NCBI GenBank assembly: GCA_040081625.1
Contig: JBEBGD010000151.1
Span: 1-10,276 of the forward strand
DNA: 10,276 nt
Direction: 5' to 3'
Source of the DNA: Chthoniobacteraceae bacterium
GTDB lineage: Bacteria > Verrucomicrobiota > Verrucomicrobiia > Chthoniobacterales > Chthoniobacteraceae
A model generated the notes under the pieces. That model was not told where the DNA came from. It saw only the letters and a list, made by a program, of their open reading frames with translations, and did not search any database. Positions 1 through 7,170 of the stretch are shown here, in pieces. A program made the position numbers and the translations under genes. Numbering within the stretch: the stretch's first letter is position 1; each line of letters starts with the position of its first letter.

Positions 1-1348
1 GCGCGATCGCGCCCAGCGCGGCGAGCGCGAGGCTGGGCGACGTGCGCGCGGGCGCGCTGTCCGGCGCGCCGACGAGCCCGGCCGGGGATGCGGCGGGCGC
101 GGCTTCGATGCGATCGGGGGAGCGGCTCGGCGCGACTGGTGCCGCAAGCTTTTCCCCGCTGAGCGTCAATTCCTCCGGCGGGATGGTCGCCGACGCGCTG
201 CCGGCGCTCGCGGGCGCCTGCTGGGGAATGATCTGCTGCTCGCGCGGCGAGGGTGCCGAGATCACGTCTTCGAGACCGGTCGGGCGCCCACCGGCCGTTG
301 GCCGGTTGGTGGACGGTTGCGATGTGCGCGGAGTCGCGGAGCCGCGATCTTCCTCGGTCCCCGCGTCTTCGGCGGGACGCATCCGCGTGCGCGTGACGCC
401 CGTCGTTGCGCCGCTGACAGTGCTTCCCGTGTCCGTCCCCGGTCGGAATCCCGCGCTGACGCCGCTCAGGCCGAGCATCGCTGCGACCGCGGCGATGCTC
501 TCCGGCCGATCCTGCGGACGCTTGGCGAGGCAGGTCGCGATGACTTCCTCCCACAGCTCCGGGATCGGCTCGCCGCTGTTTCCCAGCTCGGTGCGGCGGT
601 CACCCATCCTCGGCGGAATGACCGTCTCGAGCTGCACCTGGAGATTCCCGCGGAAGAACGGAGGCCGCCCGGTGAGCAGGTCAAAGACGGTCGCGCCAAA
701 CGCATACACGTCGTCGTGCGGTGCGGGTGGTGCGCCGAGCGCCTGCTCGGGGCTCATGTAGGCGAGCGTGCCCGCGGTGTTCGAGACGCTCACGCGCGTC
801 AGCGAATCGCTCATCGAGCGCGAGATGCCGAAGTCGGTGATCTTGAGATCGCCGCGGCTGTTGATCATCAGGTTCGCGGGCTTGAGGTCGCGATGGATCA
901 CGAGCGCCTGGCGGTGCGCGTAGTCGAGCGCGGAGGCAAAGTGCGCGACCCACGGAGCGAGCACCGACACGCCGAAGCACCCGCCGGGCTGCTGGGTCTT
1001 CATCGCCGAGAGCGTCTCGCCATCGACGAATTCCATGATGATCGCCGCGCACATCTCGTCCTGCGTGAAGTCGTAAATGCGCACGATGTGATGATGCGTG
1101 AGGTCCAGCGAGCGGCGCGTCTCGCGCTTGAGATCCTCGACCGCCTCGCGGTCGCGCACGAGCATGTCGGGCAGAAATTTCATCGCCACGTAGCGATTGA
1201 GCTCCTCGTCGTGCGCGAGCCACACGATGCCCATGCCGCCGCGCCCGAGCACGCGCTTGAGCGTGTAGCGGCCAAAGAGCTTCTGCTCCTTTGCGCCGCC
1301 ACGCGAATCGATCCCTATTCCCGGTTCGTTGGTAGTTCCCGATGACAC
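1..1348 (-). CDS. Hanks-type Ser/Thr protein kinase with long Pro/Ala/Ser/Thr linker and probable start of a TM helix; 3'-partial (runs off left edge)
   Basis: Manual minus-strand translation; absent from the ORF track because there is no stop in the window. Reads GTG(1348) SSGTTNEPGIGIDSRGGAKEQKLFGRYTLKRVLGRGGMGIVW...VAMK...HRDLKPAN...DFG...GTLAYMSPE...DVYAFG...GRPPF, so all core kinase motifs are present. An in-frame TGA two codons upstream bounds the start. Ends ...SLALAALGAIA at the edge. Confidence 0.96.
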   Translation of the reverse strand, partial: MSSGTTNEPGIGIDSRGGAKEQKLFGRYTLKRVLGRGGMGIVWLAHDEELNRYVAMKFLPDMLVRDREAVEDLKRETRRSLDLTHHHIVRIYDFTQDEMCAAIIMEFVDGETLSAMKTQQPGGCFGVSVLAPWVAHFASALDYAHRQALVIHRDLKPANLMINSRGDLKITDFGISRSMSDSLTRVSVSNTAGTLAYMSPEQALGAPPAPHDDVYAFGATVFDLLTGRPPFFRGNLQVQLETVIPPRMGDRRTELGNSGEPIPELWEEVIATCLAKRPQDRPESIAAVAAMLGLSGVSAGFRPGTDTGSTVSGATTGVTRTRMRPAEDAGTEEDRGSATPRTSQPSTNRPTAGGRPTGLEDVISAPSPREQQIIPQQAPASAGSASATIPPEELTLSGEKLAAPVAPSRSPDRIEAAPAASPAGLVGAPDSAPARTSPSLALAALGAIA

Positions 1349-1354
1349 CCCTCA

Positions 1355-1383
1355 ACTCCACGCCCGGAGGCCCCCGGACGCAA
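1355..1383 (-). promoter_or_regulatory. Possible sigma70-type promoter of the kinase (TTGCGT-17-TGGAGT, 6 nt before GTG); the GGAG could instead be an SD
   Basis: Spacing read directly; the -10 lacks the conserved A at position 2, so this is weak. Confidence 0.3.
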
Positions 1384-1401
1384 GGCGAAATGTCCCGGCG
1401 C

Positions 1402-1430
1402 TTGCCGCCCGTCGGGTTCTCCTCCACCGT
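1402..1430 (+). promoter_or_regulatory. Putative sigma70-type promoter of the sppA operon (TTGCCG-17-CACCGT), 10 nt before ATG 1441
   Basis: Same -35 context (GCTTGCCGCC), 17-nt spacer and CAnnnT -10 as the promoter at 8258-8286; no SD before the ATG. Confidence 0.5.
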
Positions 1431-1440
1431 GCCCGCCCAA

Positions 1441-2454
1441 ATGAATCCGCAACGCTCTGGTTGTCTCGTCGCCGCCCTCGTCGTGTCGCTGCTGCTGCTC
1501 GGCGTGAGCGCCGTGATGAATCTGATGCTCGCGGGTGGTTCCGGCACGGCTGTGGGCTCCGGGGGCGTGCAGAAGTTCGAGGAGACCCTCGTGAATCCCG
1601 CGGCGGAAAAGGGCGACTCGGACAAGATCTTGCTCATCCACCTGCGCGGGCTCATCAGCGGCTTCGAGCCGGGGGCCTTCGGCGACACGTCGATCGATGA
1701 CATCAAGCTCCAGCTCCGGCAGGCCGCCGGGGATGAGAACGTCAAGGCCGTCGTGCTTCACATCGACTCGCCCGGCGGCGAAGTCACCGCGAGCGACATC
1801 ATCTACAATGCGGTGCGCAAATTCCGCGACGAGAAGAAGAAGCCGGTCGTCGTGTGCATGGGTTCGCTCGCGGCGAGCGGCGGCTACTACGTCGCGTGCG
1901 GCGCCAGTCACATCATCGCGAATGAGACCACCTTCACCGGCTCGATCGGCGTCATCATGGAGTCGTTCAAATACAAGGCGCTCTTCGACAAGGTCGGCGT
2001 CGAGTTTGTGACCTTCAAAAGCGGGAAGATGAAGGACATGCTAAGCGGCGCGCGCGACATGACCGACGAGGAAAAGGAATACGTGCAGAAGATGATCATG
2101 CAGACCTACGACAAGTTCGTCGGCATCGTCGCAAAGGAGCGCAAGCTGCCCGTCGATGACCTCAGGAACGGCGTCGCCGACGGCCGGGTGATCAGCGGAA
2201 AGGACGCGCTCGAGGCGAAGCTCGTGGATCAGGTCGGCGAGATCGAGGACGCCTACGCGAAGGCTGCGGCGCTCGGCCAGGCGAAGAACGCGCGCGTAGT
2301 CCGCTACGTCGCGCCGTATGGGTTCGGCCGCTTCCTGCGGCTGCTCGGACAGGCCGACGGTGAGAAGCAGGTGCGCGTCGAGTTGCCGGGCGCGATGGCG
2401 CCGCGGCTCGAGCCGGGCAAGGCGTATTACCTGCCGAGCTACCTCGTGCCGTGA
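1441..2454 (+). CDS. sppA: Signal peptide peptidase SppA (S49, short single-domain type), 337 aa
   Basis: N-terminal TM (GCLVAALVVSLLLLGVSAVMNLML) and motifs IDSPGG, AASGGYY (catalytic Ser), TGSIGV, KSGKMKD (catalytic Lys), ADGRV. Start moved from 1342 to ATG 1441 because the longer start overlaps the divergent kinase start and precedes the TM. Confidence 0.95.
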   Translation: MNPQRSGCLVAALVVSLLLLGVSAVMNLMLAGGSGTAVGSGGVQKFEETLVNPAAEKGDSDKILLIHLRGLISGFEPGAFGDTSIDDIKLQLRQAAGDENVKAVVLHIDSPGGEVTASDIIYNAVRKFRDEKKKPVVVCMGSLAASGGYYVACGASHIIANETTFTGSIGVIMESFKYKALFDKVGVEFVTFKSGKMKDMLSGARDMTDEEKEYVQKMIMQTYDKFVGIVAKERKLPVDDLRNGVADGRVISGKDALEAKLVDQVGEIEDAYAKAAALGQAKNARVVRYVAPYGFGRFLRLLGQADGEKQVRVELPGAMAPRLEPGKAYYLPSYLVP

Positions 2455-3272
2455 CCGGGCAACTCCCCGCGGCGGTCGTCATCTTCATGCTGCTCTCGCT
2501 GCCGGGGCTCGTCGTCGCTGCGCGAATGCTGCGCCGCGTGCGTGAAATCGGCGGTCGCGTGCCGTCGGGAGTCCTCGGCATGCCTGACGTCTTCGTCGGC
2601 TTTTTCCTGTGCGGCTTTTTCGCGCTGCTCGTCGTCGGCCAGACCATGCTCACCGACCGCGCCGGCGCCGCGCCGGTCATGAACGTCGGCCAGATATGGG
2701 GGAACATCGCTTTCTTCCTCGTGCTCGTCGGCCTGATCATTGGCTTTCTGCTGCTGCGGCGGATTTCGCCCGTCGCTCTGTTCGGCTTGCGGCGCTGGCC
2801 GCTGTGGCGCGCGGCGCTGGTCGGCACGCTGCTCGTGTTCGCGGTCTTCCCGCTCACGCTCGGCCTCGGCGTGGCGATGCAGCTCCTGCTTCAGCAGGGC
2901 GCGCAGGAGCAGGACGTGGTGAAGCTCTACCGCGAGGTCGCCGCATCGGGCGATCGCCAGCACATCGCGCTGCTCGGTTTCGTCGCCGTCGTCTTTCAGC
3001 CCATCGTCGAGGAGACGATCTTCCGCGGTTACTTCTACTCGCTGTTCAAGGACTGGTCCGGAGCCGTGGCGAGTGCGATCTTCACGGCGACACTTTTCGC
3101 CGCCATCCATGGGAATCTCACCGCGCTGCCCGCCCTGTTCGCCCTCGCCCTCGCGCTCACGCTCGCCTACGAATGGAGCGGCTCGCTGCTCGTGCCCATC
3201 AGCATGCACATGGTCTTCAATGGCGTGCAGCTTGCGCTCGTGACGTGGTTCCAGAACTCCCCCCCGACATGA
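2451..3272 (+). CDS. CPBP family (CAAX/Rce1-like) intramembrane glutamic metalloprotease, 273 aa
   Basis: Multiple hydrophobic helices; motifs EETIFRG, FAAIH, HMVFN; GTGA overlap with the sppA stop. Confidence 0.93.
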   Translation: MTGQLPAAVVIFMLLSLPGLVVAARMLRRVREIGGRVPSGVLGMPDVFVGFFLCGFFALLVVGQTMLTDRAGAAPVMNVGQIWGNIAFFLVLVGLIIGFLLLRRISPVALFGLRRWPLWRAALVGTLLVFAVFPLTLGLGVAMQLLLQQGAQEQDVVKLYREVAASGDRQHIALLGFVAVVFQPIVEETIFRGYFYSLFKDWSGAVASAIFTATLFAAIHGNLTALPALFALALALTLAYEWSGSLLVPISMHMVFNGVQLALVTWFQNSPPT

Positions 3273-4162
3273 CCCTCGCCGCGCTCGGCGAAGACGCGCT
3301 CCTCGCGCGCCTGCTGCGCGGCCTGCCCGTCGGCGCGGACGTGATCGCCGGGCCGGGCGACGACTGCGCGATCATCGGTCGTCCGCGCGACCGCCGCTGG
3401 CTGCTGCTGAAAGCCGACTGCGTCATCGAAGGCGTCCACTTCACCCGCGATGCCGATCCGCGCCGCGTCGGCTGGAAGGCGCTGTGCCGCGCGCTCAGCG
3501 ACATCGCGGCGATGGCCGGCACGCCGCGCCATGCGCTCATCACCGTCGCCGCGCCGCGCACGCTGCCGGTCGCGTGGCTCGAGGGTCTTTACGCGGGGCT
3601 GGCGAAGGCGGCGCGCAAGTTCGGCGCCGGCATCGTTGGCGGCGAGACGGCGCGCTCGCCCGGGGGCATTTTCATCGACGTCGCCCTCACCGGCGAAGTC
3701 GCCCGCACCCGCTGCATCCGCCGCAGCGGTGGACGCGAGGGCGATGCGATCTACGTCACCGGCCGGCTCGGCGGCTCGCTCGCGGGCCGGCATCTCGACT
3801 TCATCCCCCGCCTCGCCGAGGCGCGCTGGCTCGCGGAGCATTTCCGTCCGAGCGCGATGATGGACCTGAGCGACGGCCTCGGCGCCGACCTCCCGCGCCT
3901 CGCCCGCGCGAGTGGCTGCGGCTTCGCGCTCGACGACGCCCGAATCCCGCGCACCCGCGGCCGATCGCTCGCGCAAGTTTTCGACGACGGCGAGGACTAC
4001 GAATTGCTTTTCACGATCGCCGACGCCGCGCGACTCGAAGTCACTTGGCAGAAAACCTTTCCCAAGCTCCCGTTGACTCGCATTGGCACGCTGACCCGAA
4101 ACCCGAACCCCCAAACCCGAACCCCGCCCCGTGGCTTCGACCATTTCCGCCAAACCCTCTGA
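3269..4162 (+). CDS. thiL: Thiamine-monophosphate kinase, 297 aa
   Basis: MTLAALGE start at an ATGA overlap; motifs GDDCA, EGVHF, GWKA...LSDIAAM, GGET, VTGRLGGS, MDLSDGL, GEDYELLFT and C-terminal GFDHF. Confidence 0.95.
   Translation: MTLAALGEDALLARLLRGLPVGADVIAGPGDDCAIIGRPRDRRWLLLKADCVIEGVHFTRDADPRRVGWKALCRALSDIAAMAGTPRHALITVAAPRTLPVAWLEGLYAGLAKAARKFGAGIVGGETARSPGGIFIDVALTGEVARTRCIRRSGGREGDAIYVTGRLGGSLAGRHLDFIPRLAEARWLAEHFRPSAMMDLSDGLGADLPRLARASGCGFALDDARIPRTRGRSLAQVFDDGEDYELLFTIADAARLEVTWQKTFPKLPLTRIGTLTRNPNPQTRTPPRGFDHFRQTL
4094..4128 (+). repeat. Imperfect heptamer tandem repeat (ACCCGAA ACCCGAA CCCCCAA ACCCGAA CCCCGCC) in the thiL 3' end, directly before the tsaE start
   Basis: Read directly; five 7-nt units, three of them identical; encodes TRNPNPQTRTPP. 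Confidence 0.85.
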
Positions 4163-4547
4163 GACCTACGACTGCGCAAAGCAACTCGCGTCCCGGCTCC
4201 AGCTCGGCGACGTGGTCGCGCTGAGCGGCGAGATGGGCGCGGGCAAGACGCACTTCGTCAAGGGGCTCGCCGACGGCCTCGGCTACATCGGCGAAGTGAC
4301 CAGCCCTACCTTCACCCTCATCCACGAATATCTCGGCGGATTGATGCCCGTGTATCACTTCGATTTCTTCCGCATCGAGAGCGAGCAGGAAGCCATCGAC
4401 GCCGGCCTCGAAGACTACCTCGCCGCCGACGGCGTGTGCATCATCGAGTGGGCCGACAAATTTCCCGCGCTCCTCCCGCCGGGCGCGCACTGGTTTCACC
4501 TCGAGATCAAGGGCGACACCCGCCGCACCATCACCGAGCGGCCATGA
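4131..4547 (+). CDS. tsaE: t6A37 biosynthesis ATPase TsaE (YjeE), 138 aa
   Basis: Walker A GEMGAGKT, SPTFTLIHEY, YHFDFFR, IIEWA; GTG start overlaps thiL by 32 nt. Confidence 0.95.
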   Translation: MASTISAKPSETYDCAKQLASRLQLGDVVALSGEMGAGKTHFVKGLADGLGYIGEVTSPTFTLIHEYLGGLMPVYHFDFFRIESEQEAIDAGLEDYLAADGVCIIEWADKFPALLPPGAHWFHLEIKGDTRRTITERP

Positions 4548-5146
4548 TCACCCTCGCGATCGAGACCTCGACGCCCGAAGGCAGCGTGGCCGTGTATGCC
4601 GGCGGCGAGATCGCTTTTCACGATGCGTTCTCCGCCGACCGCAGCCACAGCTCGGCGCTCTTTGTCGCGCTGGAAAAGGCGCGCGGCTACGCGGGGCGAT
4701 TCGACCGTGTCGTCGTCGGCCTCGGGCCCGGCTCCTATGCCGGTGTCCGCATCGGCATCGCTGCGGCGATCGGCATGAATCTGGTTCTCAACGCCGAGCT
4801 GGTCGGCATCCCGTCGGTCGCCGCGTTCGATGTGAAGGAGGAGGATTACTTCGCCATCGGCGATGCGCGGCGCGGCGCGTATTACTTCACGTGGCTGCAC
4901 CGGCGCGTCGCGCAGGAGGGCCCGCGGCTCGCGACCGAAGGAGAGATCCGCGCGGAGATCGGCGCGCGTTCCCTTCCGGTCTATTCCACCGAGCCGGTCC
5001 CGGCCTTCCCCTCGGTGCAGATCGTCCGGCCGAGCGCGACGATCCTCGCGGAACTGGCTGTCGAAGGCTCCGCCATCATCCAGAGCGGCGAACTCGAACC
5101 GCTCTACCTGCGCGAGCCGCACATCACGCAGCCGAAGCCGCGGTGA
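4544..5146 (+). CDS. tsaB: t6A37 biosynthesis protein TsaB (YeaZ), 200 aa
   Basis: MITLAIETS, HS, GLGPGSYAGVRIG, DARRG, EPLYLR; ATGA overlap with the tsaE stop. Confidence 0.94.
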   Translation: MITLAIETSTPEGSVAVYAGGEIAFHDAFSADRSHSSALFVALEKARGYAGRFDRVVVGLGPGSYAGVRIGIAAAIGMNLVLNAELVGIPSVAAFDVKEEDYFAIGDARRGAYYFTWLHRRVAQEGPRLATEGEIRAEIGARSLPVYSTEPVPAFPSVQIVRPSATILAELAVEGSAIIQSGELEPLYLREPHITQPKPR

Positions 5147-6048
5147 TCGCGCAGGCCTTCGTCCTCGGTGCCGGACTCGGCACGCGCCTGCGTCCGCTCA
5201 CCGCGCACTGCCCGAAGCCGCTCATCCCGGTCGCGAACCGGCCGCTGCTCACCTACGCGTTCGACCACCTGCTCGGCGCCGGGGTCGAGCGCTTCGTCGT
5301 GAACACCCACTGGCGCGCCGGCGCCTACCCGCGCGCCTTTCCCGACGCGAAGTATCGCGGCGCGCCCATCGTCTTTCGCGAGGAGAATCCCGAAGTGCTC
5401 GAGACCGCGGGCGGCATCAAGAACGTCGAGGACGTGCTGCGCGCCGACCCCTTCTGGGTCTATAACGGCGACATCCTCAGCACGCTCCCGCTCGCCCCCG
5501 CGCTCGCCGCGCACCGCGAAGCCGGCAACGAAGTCACCCTCGTCCTGCGCAGCAGTGGCGGGCCTCTCCAGGTCGCGTGTGAAAGCGGACGCGTGCTCGA
5601 CATCGGCGCGCGCCTCGGCTGCGCGGGCAGTTTCCTTTTCACCGGCATCTACCTCGTCGAGCCCGCATTCCTCGCGCGCATCCCCGCCGCGACAAAGATC
5701 AGCGTCGTGCCCATCTTCATCGAAATGATCCGCACCGGCGCAAAGCTCGGCGGCGTGGTGATCGACAAAGGCGAGTGGTTCGACCTCGGCTCGCGCGATC
5801 AATACCTCGCCGTTCACCGCCAGCTCGGCGGCCCGTGGATCGACCGCGCCGCGCAAGTCGCTGCCGATGCGACGGTCACCGGTGCGAGCGCGATTGGGGC
5901 CGGTGCGATCGTCGGCGCGGGCGCGCGGGTTCACGATTCGCTCGTGTGGTCCGGCGGAGAAATCGCCGCTGGTTCTGACGTCGAGCGCTGCATCGTCGTC
6001 GGCGGGCGCTGCGCCGCCGGCGTGCTGCGCGATGCGGACGTGGCCTGA
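5143..6048 (+). CDS. Sugar-1-phosphate nucleotidyltransferase (MurU-like / mannose-1-P guanylyltransferase-like) with short C-terminal left-handed beta-helix, 301 aa
   Basis: AFVLGAGLGTRLRPLT..PKPL, LETAGG, NGD, FTGI, WFDLGS; hexapeptide-like tail (ASAIGAGAIVGAGARVHDSLVW); GTGA overlap with the tsaB stop. Substrate not determinable. Confidence 0.9.
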   Translation: MIAQAFVLGAGLGTRLRPLTAHCPKPLIPVANRPLLTYAFDHLLGAGVERFVVNTHWRAGAYPRAFPDAKYRGAPIVFREENPEVLETAGGIKNVEDVLRADPFWVYNGDILSTLPLAPALAAHREAGNEVTLVLRSSGGPLQVACESGRVLDIGARLGCAGSFLFTGIYLVEPAFLARIPAATKISVVPIFIEMIRTGAKLGGVVIDKGEWFDLGSRDQYLAVHRQLGGPWIDRAAQVAADATVTGASAIGAGAIVGAGARVHDSLVWSGGEIAAGSDVERCIVVGGRCAAGVLRDADVA

Positions 6049-6070
6049 TGCGTGCCAGGCGAGCCCGGCG

Positions 6071-7057
6071 CTACTGCATCACGCCATTTCTCAGCCGGAA
6101 GGAATCGCGCAGGTCCATGACCCTGACGGTGCGCCCCTCAGTCTTGCCCTTGTTTTTCACGATCGTCATCGCGCCGTTCACGTCGTCGATAATCGTGAAC
6201 GGAGGCGGAGCGAGTCCGGCGTCGAGTTTGCGCGTGAAGGCATCCCAATGAACCGGGATCACCGTGTGAGGTCGCAATGCGCTGACGCTTTCCCGCCAGT
6301 AGTCGTCCTGCGTGGCGGCGGGTTCCTTGGCGAGCAGGCCCACCCCGAGCAAGACCACGTCGGCCTTCAATCCCTTGAACTGCCCCTTCTTCGCGCCCGC
6401 CGTGGTCGTGATGGCGAGGGTGCCATCCGGATGCGCGATGTGCAGCGCGAAGACATCGCCGTGATTGTAGTCCGAGTAACGCGTCGGCGGCCGCACCGCG
6501 CTGTCGATCGAGCCCTCCACTTTCTCCTGCGATCTCCAGTGCGAGGACACGTGCTTCGACGGCCTGAAGGTGACGGTGAATTTCCCGAACCGACGCTGCG
6601 CGCCAGTGCTCGGGACGACGATGAGGCTGCGGTCGTCGAGGCCAGCTCCTTCGTGGATGAAGCGATAGGAGGTCGATCCCATCGCGACAGCGTGCGTCCG
6701 CCGGGTCACCTCGGGCGCATCGAGCGCGTGGTCGTGGTGCGAGTGTCCGATCAGCAGTGCATCGAGCTTCGTGATTCCCGCCAGGCACAACTGCTTCCCG
6801 ATGATTTTCTCATCGGGGCCGATCCGCCCGAACAGCGTTTTGAAGGCGCCCGGTCGGGAGAAGAATCCATCCACCAGCAGGCGGGTGGTGCCGTCGGAGA
6901 TGAGGATGGTCGTGTTGCCGAGAAACGTCACCGTCACTCCACGCCCCGATGTCGCGTGAAGCGGGGTCGGATACAAAGCGTCGTCCTTCAGCGGATGATA
7001 CGTCGAACAGGAACAGAGCGTGATCGCGAGCAACGTGGAGATCGTGGGCAGTTTCAT
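6071..7057 (-). CDS. MBL-fold metallo-hydrolase (UlaG-like superfamily), predicted lipoprotein, 328 aa
   Basis: Signal/lipobox MKLPTISTLLAITLCSC; motifs LLVDGFFSRP, HSHHDH (HxHxDH), SKH, VIPVHWD. Start moved to ATG 7057, where the signal peptide begins. Confidence 0.9.
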   Translation of the reverse strand: MKLPTISTLLAITLCSCSTYHPLKDDALYPTPLHATSGRGVTVTFLGNTTILISDGTTRLLVDGFFSRPGAFKTLFGRIGPDEKIIGKQLCLAGITKLDALLIGHSHHDHALDAPEVTRRTHAVAMGSTSYRFIHEGAGLDDRSLIVVPSTGAQRRFGKFTVTFRPSKHVSSHWRSQEKVEGSIDSAVRPPTRYSDYNHGDVFALHIAHPDGTLAITTTAGAKKGQFKGLKADVVLLGVGLLAKEPAATQDDYWRESVSALRPHTVIPVHWDAFTRKLDAGLAPPPFTIIDDVNGAMTIVKNKGKTEGRTVRVMDLRDSFRLRNGVMQ

Positions 7058-7141
7058 GGCAGTGGGATGAGGTGTGAGGTCATTGCGACTGGCCAGCGAA
7101 TGCCGGTCCCTGCGCCGCCGCGGATACTGCGGACTCCGGCG

Positions 7142-7168
7142 AAAAATGTCCCGCCACAAAATGCGGCG
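7142..7168 (-). terminator. Possible intrinsic terminator after the serine hydrolase
   Basis: Minus strand CGCCGCA-UUU-UGUGGCG hairpin (one G-U pair) 2 nt after the stop, then GGACAUUUUU; the U-tract is offset from the stem. Confidence 0.35.
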
Positions 7169-7170
7169 CG

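Noticed and set aside
1..12. Palindrome GCGCGATCGCGC containing HIP1 (GCGATCGC)
   Set aside because: I saw only about two copies in the window; it is explained by Ala-Ile-Ala codons and high GC.
42..1345. Plus-strand ORFs 42..761 and 317..1345
   Set aside because: Antisense shadows of the kinase; no recognisable motifs; long shadow ORFs are expected at high GC.
2609..3268. N-terminal extension of the 517-aa ORF (apparent ThiL fusion)
   Set aside because: Arg-rich off-frame read of the CPBP gene; ThiL homology begins at ATG 3269. The same applies to the extended starts at 1342, 4436, 4891, 7159, 8442 and 9385.
2451..3272. Phage-defence (Abi) or bacteriocin-immunity reading of the CPBP gene
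   Set aside because: The Abi label of this family is historical; the context is housekeeping, with no defence or bacteriocin genes nearby.
4094..4128. CRISPR or telomere-type repeat
   Set aside because: Only 35 bp, with no spacers or cas genes, and inside a coding region; resemblance to CCCTAAA is superficial.
6049..6070. Bidirectional terminator between the convergent genes
   Set aside because: Only a 6-bp minus-strand stem (GCCGGG-CUCG-CCUGGC) with no U-tract on either side.
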